In this document: piece after piece, positions 1-13,992 of the stretch
How positions within the stretch are numbered: position 1 is the stretch's first letter
How the letters are laid out: every line of letters starts with the position of its first letter
From: Octopus sinensis
Taxonomy: Eukaryota
Reading direction: 5' to 3'
NCBI RefSeq assembly: GCF_006345805.1
Contig: NC_043005.1
Location: 9,920,001-9,984,000 of the forward strand
Length of the DNA stretch: 64,000 nucleotides
Position numbers and translations under genes: made by a program
The notes under the pieces: generated by a model
Told to the model about the DNA's origin: nothing
The model's database searches: none
Seen by the model: only the letters and a program-made list of their open reading frames with translations

Positions 1-615
1 CGACTTTCTATCCCACGTATATCCTCGTGTTCTGTGTATTCCATTTTGTCTTTCTGCGGGACATATACCTATCTACGCATGCGTTTGTGTCCGTGTGTAC
101 GTGTGTACGTGTGCGTATGTGTTTGGCATGCTTTTTGTGCGTATATATGGGTTTGCTTACAACACTATATGTACCCGTGTTTATTTTTTTCTATCCCATT
201 CTGTCTTTAGTATGTATAAGTGTATCTTATTTGTGTGTATAGGTTTATATCTGCGTCCATTTTCCTTCTCATTACGTCTTTAGTTGTCAGTTTATGTAGT
301 GTGGTGGAGTGAGGATGTGTTATTATTCTATTCATGTTTTCTGTTGTGGCTTGGTCTATCTACTTCTATGTGTGTGGCCGCCACAATATGAGTGTTGTCT
401 ATTCTATGTGTCGATAATATCATAACATTTACATTATTAACCGAGCCTCTATACTGCAAATGTGCATGTGGGTAAAGCACTAACGAGCTTTTCACTCCCT
501 TGAACTCACACCAGTGTTTGCTTATCTGCTCACCTAGTTACATACTGTCCCCCGGGTGTCTGTCGTTGTCTTGTTTCTGCACCGTCCCTCAGTACACTTG
601 ATTACTATCAAACTA

Positions 616-1897
616 TTGGGTTGGCAACTAAGTTCCAGCCGTTTTTTAAAATTTTTGAATTTATTGCGTTTTTAAATATTGGAATCATTTTTTTTTTTCG
701 AAAATTTTATTTTTGAATCATGTTGGAATCTATTTTGCTTTTATTTTAGTTAATTTTAGTTAATTTTTGCTTATTTTCAGGTCATTAAAATGGAATGTCA
801 AGTTAAGAAAACGATTATTTTCGACACCTTCTTTTTGCTTTTAATTAAGGTTCTAGGACCGCAAAAGTTGCTCGTGACATTTGTGCTGTGTATGGAGAGG
901 GTGCCTTAGCTGAAAAGACCGCTCGTGATTGGTATGCCAAGTTCAAAAATGGAAATTTTGATCTCAAAGACGCACCTCGTTCTGGCCGTCCAGTTGAGTT
1001 TAATGAAGAGCGATTAAACCAACTTTTGCACGAAAATTCTCGTCAAACAAGGGAACTGGCAGAGAAAATGGAATGCTCCGCCACTGCTATAGAGAAGCAT
1101 ATTCACTCGATGGGAAAGGTTCAGAAATATGGAGCATAGGTTCCGCATGTTTTAAGTGACACTAACAAAAAATCAACGAGCCATAATCTCCGTTGGTTTG
1201 CTTGCTCGTCACCGCTTAACTCATGGACACAAGCAACGATTTCTTTACCGAATCGTTACTGGCGGCGAAAAATGGTGCTTGTACATCAATATGAAGCAAC
1301 GTAAGGAACGGCTTAGCCCCGGTAAACAAGCGACGCTGCGCGTGAAACAGGATCTTCATCTGCGTAAAATGTTGTGCGTATGATGGAACTGGGAAAGGAT
1401 TATCCATTACGAATTGCTTGAAAGGAACCAAACGGTCAACGCGGAACTCAACAGATGGAACGACTCAACACGGCTATTCAAGAGAAAAGACCTGATCGGC
1501 AGCATGGAGTTCTTCAGCTACACAACAACGCCCGCCCTCATATCGCCAATATGACCAAGGAAGCCATTCAAACGCATGGCTGGGAAGTGCAGCTATACCC
1601 ACCGTACTCTCCTGATTTGGCACCAACGGATTTCCAACTCCTTCGATCCCTTTCAAATGCTATGCCCGGAGTTTCGTTCAATACTGATGCAGAATTGAGA
1701 GCTTGGCTGGATAAAATTTTCGAGTCGAAATTGGGTGATTTCTACCAACGAGGTATTTAACATCTTGTTAAACGTTGGGAAGAAGTTGCAAACAACAAGG
1801 TGAATGCATTATTAATTAATTAGTTGTTATGTTTTTATTAAACCTTTTAAAAAATTTAAATCTAAAAAAAATGGCGGGAACTTAGTTGCCAACCCAA
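616..1897 (+). mobile_element. Full-length mariner (D,D34D-type) DNA transposon, non-functional
   Basis: TIRs TTGGGTTGGCAACTAAGTTCC at 616 and its exact reverse complement ending at 1897 (extend to ~31 bp with 2 mismatches). TA target duplication at 614-615 and 1898-1899. Length 1282 bp with transposase remnants inside. Confidence 0.97.
790..1819 (+). pseudogene. Mariner transposase pseudogene
   Basis: Fragments in several frames: ARDWYAKFKNG..DAPRSGRP (HTH), A*VPH (WVPH motif), IVTGGEKW (TGDE), LHNNARPH (HDNA), YSPDLAPTDF. Multiple frameshifts and in-frame stops. Confidence 0.95.
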
Positions 1898-2613
1898 TAC
1901 ATTCCTAGTTTAGAAATACAGTTTACAGTTAGGAGAAAAATATTTATCTTAGACAATGTCACAATGGAGCTAGAATCACTAATATCGAAGTATTTCATAG
2001 TTTTCAGATTTCATTACAGAAGAAAATTCCTGGTTTATTTACTGGTTTACTTATTTTCGTAAGTAGGCTATCATAGGTGTTTGATACAAGGAAATAAGAC
2101 ATTTCTGTATTAAGTCTTCCTTAATGATATTAATTAAGGTTGATGAAAGCATTGACTCAAGCGGAATCGAACCCAGTTGCTAGGTCTTTCACCTTTAAAT
2201 TCAGTACTGGCTACATTATGGAAAAAAAATGTAGAAAATATTGAAATCACTAAATTTTCTACAATTCATGTGCGTCACTGAACACCTAGAGTTTAAAAGT
2301 GTTTAATTATTTAAAAGAAAGGGTAGTGGTGGTCGTGGTGGTAGCGGTGATGGATAATGCATTAGAGAAACTGACAAATGAATGGAAAGAATTGATGCTG
2401 CTGTGGATCTGCTGGTTCATTATAAAAGAATCGAGAAGTAAATGCGAAATATTTCTGTATAAACAGGTTTTAGTATTTTAAATTCCAAAGGTGATAAATT
2501 ACTTCAGTATTTAATTCTAAATGTTTGAGAGACTGTGAAAAGGTCAATTGTCTTTTAGATTTCATTTAAGCTTTTCCGTTTTTATTGATAATGAATTATT
2601 TTTTCCGTGTTTG

Positions 2614-2762
<149 letters not shown>

Positions 2763-3256
2763 TTCTCTTCTCAATATTTATCACGAATCCACTGATTTGC
2801 TCTATCCACGCATTATTAATTCAAAAGGTGAACTAAACAACTTGAAGGGAGAAACATGAAGGATTTCTTTAGAAGTGATCAGCAATATAAAGTACAATCA
2901 TTTCAAAAATAAAACGAAACACTTGGGCAAGTTTTTTTCCCCGTTTTCTTTTTTTTAAATCTTTTACGGAATCTCTACACTTGATACGTTTCAATAACGA
3001 TTGAATGGAGTTTTGGGTAAACTTGACAGCCGACAGCGATAAATCCAGGATAACACTGCAGAATCATAGGACATCTTTTCACAATTCTGGAAATAACAAA
3101 CTTCCTTTAATTGAAAGATGTATCAATCAATCAATTTGCAAATTGTCGGGGAAATTTAAAGATTTATTTTACGTTTTTATAAAAACGAGATTTTATAAAA
3201 GACAACAAGACACATGCAGAAGTTATTGGAAAACATGGTGGAAATATCAAAGGCTT

Positions 3257-3520
3257 GAAGAAGAAGAAGAAGAAGAAGAAGAAGAAGAAGAAGAAAAGAA
3301 GAAGAAGAAGAAGAAGAAGAAGAAGAAGAAGAAGAAGAAGAAGAAGAAGAAGAAGAAGAAGAAGAAGAAGAAGAAGAAGAAGAAGAAGAAGAAGAAGAAG
3401 AACAACAACAACAACAACAACAACAAGAATAAGAAGAACAAGAACAAGAAGAAGAAGAACAAGAAGAACAAGAACAAGAAGAAGAAGGATGAGGAGGAGG
3501 AGGAGATGAGGATATGATGA
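3257..3520. repeat. (GAA)n/(AAC)n/(GAG)n compound trinucleotide microsatellite
   Basis: Direct reading; explains the poly-K/E/R ORFs. Confidence 0.98.
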
Positions 3521-3693
3521 TGATTATAATCATTCGTTACTTTAACCTGTGGGGCGTTCGATGACCTTTTATGCACAAGCGTTTCATTAATTCTAAAATA
3601 CATACTGCCGCGCGTGCGCGCACACACCCGTATTTATATGTGTGTGTTTCCGTGTATGTGTGTATTTATACACACACACACACACACACATAC

Positions 3694-3935
3694 CCGAATT
3701 GGCAAATTCGATCGAACCTCGGAATAGATCCCTTGTGATATTTGTTCTGACTCTCTGTGGACTGACTTCCAGTACATGCAAGGTTAACTATATCTTTTAT
3801 ATTCGGGATATCGATGTAAACTTGTTCAGTCCCTGCCTGTGGTCTGTGTGAAATGCTCGGAGACTGGAAGACATGCTGTGTAGTAATGGTTCTGGCAAGA
3901 ATGTCCGTATTGAGTTGCAGAGCAGAGCTGGTCAT
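3694..3935 (-). CDS. Possible coding exon of an unknown gene (MTSSALQLNTDILART...PRFDRICQFG)
   Basis: Non-repetitive segment with a polypyrimidine+CAG acceptor (exon start 3997), an ATG with A at -3 (3935), 80 open codons and a GG|GTATGT donor. No recognisable homology, and the donor overlaps a (TG)n start. Confidence 0.2.
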
Positions 3936-4109
3936 GCTTTTTTTTTTGGTCAACAGGAATTACAGAACAACAATATTTGCCACTGTGAGCCAGCAACCTG
4001 GAAGAAGACAATATTACAAGCCGAAGATTAGAGAGTACGTATCAAAAAAAAGTGGCCGCGCGCGCGTGCTATAACGGGAAGAAAAGACAGTCTGTCACAC
4101 ATTTTAAGA

Positions 4110-4141
<32 letters not shown>

Positions 4142-4549
4142 CTAGCAGTATCGCCCGGCGTTGCTCGGGTTTGTAAGGGAAATAACTATATAAGCATTTT
4201 TAGAGATGTATAATAGCCAAAGTATAATAGCCATCTCAATATGGCTAACCACAAAGGGGAGTGTTACTGTAGCTTTTTTAGGTTCTGAGATTTGATAATA
4301 CATTTTAGAGAGTTACTTCCCTTATATAATAGCAAAAAACTGCATTAAAAAATGGGAAAAAATTATGGTAAATTATTTTTTAAATCATAGACTCATCGTA
4401 GACGCGCACTAATACCCAGAAGGGCTCGATATGAATCACGACTATAAGATACCTGCTTTTGGTTACACTGCACCGCAAAATGTGGGAGTAGTTAGGAATC
4501 TAAATCGTAGGAGACAGACAGCACACAACCTCACTTTTATATATAAAGA
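4142..4549 (-). mobile_element. Non-autonomous Helitron, copy 1
   Basis: Minus strand begins A|TCTTTATATATAAAAG and ends with hairpin CCCGAGCAACGCCGGG, then CTAG|T. Inserted in (TA)n with no TSD. Two more copies in the window. Confidence 0.88.
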
Positions 4550-5182
4550 TATATATATATATATATTTCTATCTATCTATCTCCCCCTCTTGTTCTTTCT
4601 TTCTGTTTTTCTCTCCCACCCTTTCCGCATTCTTCTCCTCTCTCTTTCACTCTTCCTCCTTGACTCTCTCGGTGCTCACACGTGACCAACGGCCACTTCT
4701 TTCCTAAAGACAAGACGTGCTTTTACATGTCTCTTCTCAAAGCTCGTTTTTCCTGCCTTCACAACTTCACATCGTCTTGGCTTAACAGCCCTCACTGTTT
4801 GTTTTTACTGTTTTGCTCTCACTGTCCTGTTTTTGTTACCTCTTTCACCCTCCGCAAAAAATCCAAAATTTTATTTAATTTGCTTTGCGGGAAGGACTGT
4901 TTTAGCGAAGTCTCATCTTGTCCTAACTTTCGAAACGCCCAGTAGATAAAACAGGGGACAACTGATGACGGGAATGATCTTTATGCTGCATGCTCGCTTC
5001 TCTATTTGCTTTTTTCGTTGTTCGGAAAAAAAATCGTTTCCTATTTTTTGTTTTTTTATGTTCTCGTTCCTCATTTTGTCTACGATTTTTGATGTCCTGT
5101 ACCCTATATATACATATATATGTAGGTATGTACATATATGTATGTCTATATGCCTATATTTATATATTATTTATATATATAT

Positions 5183-5588
5183 TTCTCTTTTATTTCTCTT
5201 TTACTTGTTTCAGTCATTTGACTGCGGCCATGCTGGAGCACCACCTTTAATCAAGCAACTCGACCCCGTGACTTATTCTTTTGTAAGCCCAATACTTATT
5301 CTATCGGTCTCTTTTGCCGAACCGCTAAGAAACGGGGACATAAACACACCAGCATCGGTTGTCAAGCAATGCTAGGGGGACAAACAGACACACAAACATA
5401 CACACACAAGCATATATATATACATACATATATACGACGGGCTTCTTTCAGTTTCCGTCTACCAAATCCACTCACAAGGCTTTGGTCGGCCCGAGGCTAT
5501 AGTAGAAGACACTTGCCCAAGGTGCCACGCAGTGGGACTGAACCCGGAACCATGTGATTGGTAAACAAGCTACCTACCACACAGCCAC
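5183..5588 (-). mobile_element. tRNA-derived SINE family A
   Basis: Head GTGGCTGTGTGGTA...GTTCCGGGTTCAGTCCC (A/B-box-like), internal dinucleotide tract, (GTAAAAGA)-type tail. More than 10 related copies in the window. Confidence 0.92.
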
Positions 5589-6636
5589 ACATGCGCGCGC
5601 ACATATATTAACATAATTACACATACGTGCGCGCGCACATATGTACCTGAAATTACTTTCTTCTGGAATCAGAGTTTCGTGTTTGCCATTGCTAACATAA
5701 CTGGACGAGCTGCCAAATCTCAGCAGTATAATAAATTATTATATCCTGTTTCAGTACTAAGTATTTTAATCTATTCGTTGTAAATAAAAGCCTAAATCCA
5801 TTGCTGTCAGTTTCACCATAGAAATGCAAAATTAATTAATCACATTAGCTAATGTGTTAAAACTGGTGTCTCTTCAGATAGAATTCACATGGTTTTTATT
5901 AGTGTCACCATGTTAAAGATAGTGGAAACTTCTGTCATGCGCAAAAAGACATGAACTCGCAAGGGAGGTATCTTCGGGATTTTTAAGTGGTTATTTCCTT
6001 AGCGTATTGAACAATTAATTATACTAACAATATTAAAGATGGACGAAAGATAATTAGCAAAAATGTATGAGTTAGGATATAAGTGTACATATTGGATCAT
6101 TCATAAATGAGCAATATATTTTCTCAGGTAAACTAAAAATTAAATTAAAAAGCATAAATTATATTACTTAGGATGGAAAAAGCAGCTCTCAGCTAGATCC
6201 GTTTGTAATATAAACTACTTCAAGAGGAATGAACCACACAATAATTTTTGGAGATATGTATTATATGTAAATGGACGGTCTTTCGGTGGCTGATAATAAT
6301 AAGCGAAATGCCACGAAATATCTTGCTCGGCGTGCTAACTATTCTGACAGCTTGGCGCCTTATTCGTGAGAATATTTTAAAAAAGAATGTTCAATACAAA
6401 ATATTTAATCTGGTAGGTTTGTAGAATTTCAGTAGCATCATGTGAAAATGTCTACAAACCCCAACATCTCCAAACAGATTCTCAAATAATCGGCTGAGAC
6501 TTTTGTCGAACGGTACATAGTGAATATCTGTTAGTTTATGTAATGTCAACCTCTCTCTCTAATTCTACACTTAACTTTATAGTCAATGTTTTGCATGAGT
6601 TATTCTACATATTTCGGAAACTACATGAATACTAGC

Positions 6637-6679
<43 letters not shown>

Positions 6680-7293
6680 ATATTTAAGGGATGAGAATTT
6701 TTGTTGCTTCAATGTTCTTTCAATCATGATGACATTTTATTTTTTTTAGTTCTCTTTTTCTTTTCTTGTCCTTAGAGTTCTCTTTTTCTTTTCTTGTCCT
6801 TAGAGTTCTGTCCCGCTTCATATAGCGTTGGAATTTCATTTTTGACTAGGTGTGCACGAGAGTTTGCTCCGGAAGCTGCCCGCATGGATTATAAATGTCA
6901 TAAATTAATTGGCTGAGATAGCACTAGCTCGTCAACATTCACTGTATGGACGATAGCCGCATCCCAAAGGATATCTTTTAAGAAAATCAAGTGTGCAAGA
7001 AGTAATCTATTGGCCATTTTCGAGTGCATTGCAAGAACATTTGCATAAGGGCCCCAACACCGCTGTGGTATCGTGAGAGAGCCTTGCATATGTTGATTTC
7101 GACGGGGAATTCTTCTGGACTGCCATCACAAAAAAGGAGAAAAACTCATGGACGCTGCAACAGAGAAATAGATTTACAGAAAGAGAAAAAAACAAATAAC
7201 CACCTACGGATTGTCACATCTGTATTAGTCCAAAATGTCGCTGCTTCAGATAAACAGAAATCTAGAGCAAATATGTTGTCCATTGGTATATAT

Positions 7294-7638
7294 GTAAAGG
7301 GTAAGGGTAAAGACCCCCTTCGGTCAGGCACTGACCATGGGTTTGCACCTAGAGAGATACCCTCTGAGGCACAAGTCTGGGCAAGGTTGTTTTATGGAAG
7401 ACCAGCAGTTGCCCATGCATACCGGCCTCCCCTCTCCACGTCACCGATGTTGTCCAAGGGAAAGGCAAGGGCCGATACAGCTTGGCACCTGTGACGTCGC
7501 AACTCATTTCTACAGCTGAGTGAACTGGAGCAACGTGAAATAAAGTGCCTTGCTCATGAACACAACACGCAGCCCGGTCCGGGATTCGAGCTCACAACCT
7601 CACGATCGTAAGCTCGACGCTCTAACCACTGAGCCATG
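7294..7638 (-). mobile_element. tRNA-derived SINE family B
   Basis: Minus strand CATGGCTCAGTGGTTAGAGCG...GAGCTCGAATCCCGG head, central TGAGCAAGGCACTTTATTTCACGTTGCTCCAGTTCACTCAGCTG domain, (TTACCC)-like tail. Confidence 0.85.
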
Positions 7639-7796
<158 letters not shown>

Positions 7797-8373
7797 ATTT
7801 TGGTATGTGTGTGTGTCTATCTGTGTCTATATGTGCATGTGTTTGCATGTGTTGTAACTTCTAATGAATAACTCAATGAGATGTATCAAAGGAGAGCGAT
7901 GACGGAAAAATAAAAAAAAACAAGAGGAAATATATCCGAAACAACTGAACCTATAGACCCTATAATAATGAATTTATGTAAAAAGAGATTTAGATAATAA
8001 TGGACTCCAATTTCGGGGAAGAGGATTGAAATATATATTGCGTATAATTTCTACTTAACTTCTGTTAAAGATGATCATAATATATCTCCCACACGCTAAG
8101 GAATTTACCTGCCTTTCAAAAATTACTGTAAGGTCATGATTGTGCGCATGACGGAAGATGCCACTGGTTTCAATATGGTTGCACGAATAAAAGTTACCCG
8201 AATTCTACCTGAAGATCCATAATAAACAATATAGAAACTAATATGATTCATCAGTGTTGAATCACTGTGGTGAAACTGACAGCAATGGATTATTAACAAG
8301 CGTATTTAAAGTGTATTAACATAGAAACAAACTCACATATACTTATACATACATTCGCATACATACGTGCATA

Positions 8374-8600
8374 TATACATACACACATACATATGTGCAT
8401 ATGTATGTCTATGTATATATACATACACACATACATATGTGCATATGTTTGTATATGTATATATACATACACACATACATATGTGCATATGTTTGTATAT
8501 GTATATAAGCATACACACATACATATGTGCATGTGCTTGTATATGTATATATACATACACACATACATATGTGCATATGTATATGTATATACACATACAT
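8374..8600. repeat. ~44-bp AT/CA-rich minisatellite
   Basis: Unit ATATACATACACACATACATATGTGCATATGTTTGTATATGTAT repeated about 5 times. Confidence 0.85.
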
Positions 8601-9689
8601 ATTTCCATATATATACATGTATGTATGCATATAATTGTGATAGACTCACTGGAGCGCTTATTTGTTTAGAGTTAACGCAATTTCCAAATCTTATGGGTAG
8701 CAGAAATTATCATTAACTTGATTAAAGACAACCATCAAGTAGAAATGTAAACCGATGGACATAAATTATGAAACGTGATCAAGATTTATAACAAAGGCAG
8801 ATGCCTCAAGAATTGTGGGTGGAAATCAGTTGACTTAATCGATCTCAGTAATCAATAAAAGCAACATGTAATGTTTCTGGATGCTGCATGTTACTTTTAC
8901 TTGAATGTAGGTAGTGCCATCACAATCAGACACTCCCGTGTTTGATTTATAACGTATTTTCGTAGTCTGTCTGTGTGTATGTGTGTTGCACGCTGCGTAC
9001 TGCATCGGTTTGTGTGAATAGAACTTGCTCTGCCGTTGTGTACGCACGGCTGTGTAGTGTCAAGTCAGGCTTCTTGTAAGCATACGTACAAATATAATAG
9101 TATCCTCACGTATCGCATTAACTGAATGTAAAAGACTATTTTCATTGATATGTGCATAGACATCTATTTGTTAAACACGTACACACGCGCTTGCACGCGC
9201 GTAAAACTATAATTATCACGTGTGATATGGAACTGTATTTTCTGTAAATTTAGTATTCCAATAATAGTGACGTAAATTCTTGTAACTTTCATGGTTGAAA
9301 TTCGTGTATGTACGAAGTTAGTAATCTCGTTTTGTATTACAGTTTGTTTTGTTTTACTTATCACGAAAGTTATTACACTGAAACGGCAAGTACATCGACA
9401 TTGGAACTTTGTTGTTTGAGAAATTCCTGCTTAAGTGAGAAGTAAAAAAAACTGCGAAACAATCCTCCGAATTTCCTCATCCACTTTAGACATTTTATTC
9501 TTACCAGCGAGAGTACTTTGTTGTTGAGGTCATAACAATTCTGTGAAATTTCGATAGAAAGTGAAATATTCCTTTTTTTTTTTTTTTGGTGATGGAAGAA
9601 TAGTATACCTCAAAGCACACACACAAAGCTTTATATTATAGCATGTAAATTATGTGTTGAAAACCCTTTTTGGGTGGGAAAAATCGGAG

Positions 9690-9756
9690 GCTTCCCGTGG
9701 GACTCGAACTCACATCTTTTGTACACATGACAGGATTTCAACCATTAGACCAAAGC
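9690..9756 (-). pseudogene. tRNA-like remnant (degenerate tRNA or SINE head)
   Basis: Minus strand TGGTCTAATGG (A box) and GAGTTCGAGTCCC (B box/T arm). The acceptor stem is incomplete, so it is not a functional tRNA. Confidence 0.35.
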
Positions 9757-9833
9757 AATCCTTCACACTTCTCCCTCACTTTTAGAAACTTTAATCAATC
9801 TAAAAGGGCTTTTCAACCTAATATTTACATGCT

Positions 9834-10144
9834 GTGGAGGTGCAATGGTCCAGTGGTTAGGGCAGTTGACTCGCGGTCGTAGGATTGCGGTTTCGATTCC
9901 CAGACCGGGCGTTGTGAGTGTTTATTGAGCGAAAACACCTAAAGCTCCACGAGGATCCGACAGGGGGTGGTGGCGATCCCTGCTGTACTCTTTCACCGCA
10001 ACTTTCTCTCACTCTTTTTTCTGTTGGCCTGCTCGCTTAGCCAGCGGGGTGGCGTCACTTGAAGGCTAAAACAATGCAAAGCGCATTGTGACCAGCGATG
10101 TGTAGAAATATCTGATAGCCTGCTCGGTCACGGTGATCACGGTG
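9834..10144 (+). mobile_element. tRNA-derived SINE family C, tail type 1
   Basis: Head TGGTCCAGTGGTTAGGG...GGTTTCGATTCCC. 11-bp TSD ATTTACATGCT at 9823-9833 and 10145-10155. Confidence 0.93.
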
Positions 10145-10617
10145 ATTTACATGCTCTTGTTAATAGCTTTATGTATGTGCTTCAAGATTTACTATTCCTA
10201 AAAAGAATTATTTCACGTTCTCTCGAAAGTTTATAAAATTCTTATGACATCAATTGACAAAAAATCTAAATTTGCATTAACCCTGAAGATCAAATCTTGT
10301 TGAGACAGACGTTGAATTAAGCAATACGGGTGCATAAATATACCAGTAATATAATGAGGTTTGAATCGATAAGCTTAACCTTTCTCAAAATTGCTTTTGT
10401 ACCTAATAAAGAAACGATTATTATGTAGTTTGTTTTCGCATTTAATTTGTTTTCTGGAAGTTATGGCAATCGTATTGAGTTTATGTTGGATATTGATAGA
10501 TCTGGTAATAACACATGTATGCACGTATAAGGATGCACCTGTATCTACATATGTAAGTAAAAGTATATATCTAGCAGAATACATATAGACATGCATACAT
10601 ATATCTATCTATCTATC

Positions 10618-10670
<53 letters not shown>

Positions 10671-11195
10671 AGCCCTTAGCTCTGTTCTTTTCACTTGTTG
10701 CTTCTTTTCCTCTCAGTTTTATTATGGCGAAGATAAACCAAAGTAGATATCTGTATTGCTCAGAAGCTGTGCAAGTGAATATTTAAAACTAGAGTGTTCA
10801 CAATATCATTTAAATTTATTCATGAATACATGTACTTATGTTTGCGTGCGTACACGAGTATAAAAAAGAAAAGGAAAAAATGGCGTCTGCTCTTTTATGT
10901 CAGTTAATGGATCCTTTGTTAGTAAATGGCATTCTGAGAACACTTCGTCGCAACATATCTCTTCCATCAAATGCGATGCTTTCCGCGTCTTAGAATGCTG
11001 TCACACTTCATCACTGCTCAGATATTCTCAGTTTCTACCATGAATTCTCAATGTTTATTTGCCAGTAAAAAGTATACGTTGCTGGCTGGCCGGTCCACAC
11101 ATTAATGGGTAAACAGCTATTCAAGTGAGAGGAGCTGAGAAGAGTCGATAGATGCATACATACATACATACATACATACATACAGATATATATAA

Positions 11196-11257
<62 letters not shown>

Positions 11258-11797
11258 ATACATATATGGGTAGGTAGTTATGTATGTGTAGATACAAATA
11301 TAATATATACAAACACATACATATATACATATATATATATATTTCTTCATATATATATGTGCACACACACACTTAAACATACATACATAAACACATACAG
11401 ATAAATACATATACACACACATATATATACATATATATATATATATGTATATATATAATGTGTATGTATATATATATATATGGGTAGGTAGTTATGTAAA
11501 AGCAGGTATATAAATATAATATAGACAAACACATACATATATATAATATAATATAGACAAACACATACATATATATATATATGTGTGCGGCTATATATAG
11601 CCATCCACACACACACCCGTATGTATGCGTGTGAATTGCATCAGCTTGGCCGCAGCTCTGAGCTAAAACTTGAGAGAAAAAAGAAATATATATATACATA
11701 TACGTATACATACGTACATATATGCATATTCACACGCATACATATGGGTGTGTGTATATGTGCGTGTGTGAGTGCATGGGTAGATAGATAAATACAA

Positions 11798-11837
<40 letters not shown>

Positions 11838-12164
11838 GGGAGAGAGATAGGGGAGAGAGAGAGAGAGAGAGAGAAAGAAAGAAAGAAGGAGAGTAAGAGA
11901 GATGACTTTTTGTAGTAGTTTCTTCGTTAGAAGTTGGTAAGTAGTAATATATTAAAAGTACTGCTCACTATCAGCCTATGTAGTTGGACATCTCTGTTGG
12001 CCTGTCTATTGGCATGATCAATAACTTGTCTAAATATTGCCTCTTTTTACGTTTGCACCATTGATCTTTACTAATGCCGCTGCGTCATGTCTCTCTGATC
12101 ACCAGGCTGGGGAGGAAGAAGCAGAAAGTTACTGAGAAATCCCACAGTGCTAGCTATAGAAATG

Positions 12165-12665
12165 TCTGTGTGTGTGTGTGTGTGTGTCTGTGTGTTTGTG
12201 TGTCGTGAGACTGTATGTATGTATATGTGTATGTGTATGTGTATGTGTATGTGTGTGTGTGTGTGTCTGTGTGTTTGTGTGTCGTGAGACTGTATGTATG
12301 TGTATGTGTATGTGTATGTGTGTGTGTGTGTCTGTGTGTTTGTGTGTCGTGAGACTGTATGTATGTGTATGTGTATGTGTATGTGTGTGTGTGTGTGTCT
12401 GTGTGTTTGTGTGTCGTGAGACTGTATGTATGTGTATGTGTATGTGTATGTGTGTGTGTGTGGTCTGTGTGTTTGTGTGTCGTGAGACTGTATGTATGTG
12501 TATGTGTATGTGTATGTGTGTGTGTGTGTGTCTGTGTGTTTGTGTGTCGTGAGACTGTATGTATGTGTATGTGTATGTGTATGTGTGTGTGTGTGTGTCT
12601 GTGTGTTTGTGTGTCGTGAGACTGTATGTATGTGTATGTGTATGTGTATGTGTGTGTGTGTGTGT
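12165..12665. repeat. Minisatellite, 7 units of ~66-78 bp built on (TG)n
   Basis: Core GTCTGTGTGTTTGTGTGTCGTGAGACTGTATGTATG recurs 7 times, separated by variable TG/TATG tracts. Confidence 0.92.
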
Positions 12666-13105
12666 GAGTAAAAGTCTGTCTGTAAGTGCGCGCATGCAGG
12701 CGGATGTGTAGGTGAGTGTATAAGAGATCGTGCTTATATGAGTATGCATGTGTGTACATGTGTGTAGATATATATGCATATTTGTATATATATATATATG
12801 TATGTGTATGTGTGTGGGTGTGCTTGTGTGATTGTGTGTGAATACATACATGCATACATATATATATATATATGTATACATATTTATTTATCTATGTATA
12901 CATATGTGCATATATATATATATATATATATACATACATACACAAGCAGAAATAGATATATATGTATATATGTATGTATATATGTATGTATGTATGTATG
13001 TATATATGTATAAGTATACATGATTGGATATAAGTGAATTTTTTATGATGTAAATGAGTGTCTTCATGTTTGTGTGTGCTTGTGTCACTGTGTGCGTATG
13101 TGTGC

Positions 13106-13164
<59 letters not shown>

Positions 13165-13367
13165 GTGTTTGTGTGTGTGTGTGTGTGTGTATGACGAAAG
13201 AGAGACAAAAACTCAACACACTTTTAGAGTAACACTTTTAATTTTGGTAACGGAAATTTCAATGCCTCGTTGTCGCCTGCAGACTTATCTTGGAGGTAAT
13301 CTTCAGACTCTAGCCACACGCCTGGGTTATTAATCGCCGTAAGCAGTGAATTATACCATTTCCTCAC

Positions 13368-13992
<625 letters not shown>

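Noticed and set aside
4915-4985. CGAAAC ... CTGATGA motifs suggestive of a hammerhead
   Set aside because: The order would require type II topology, and I could not form stems I-III. TTGTCC/GGACAA pairing competes.
10877-10995. AAAATGGCG start with a 37-codon ORF
   Set aside because: Too short, with no convincing donor and no recognisable homology.
11968-12105. Minus-strand acceptor (CTTCTTCCTCCCCAG) and GTGAG donor pair
   Set aside because: Stops in all three frames; at best a non-coding exon, unsupported without RNA data.
12165-12665. Repeat-spacer-like pattern resembling a CRISPR array
   Set aside because: Spacers are simple TG/TATG repeats, the context is eukaryotic, and there are no cas genes.
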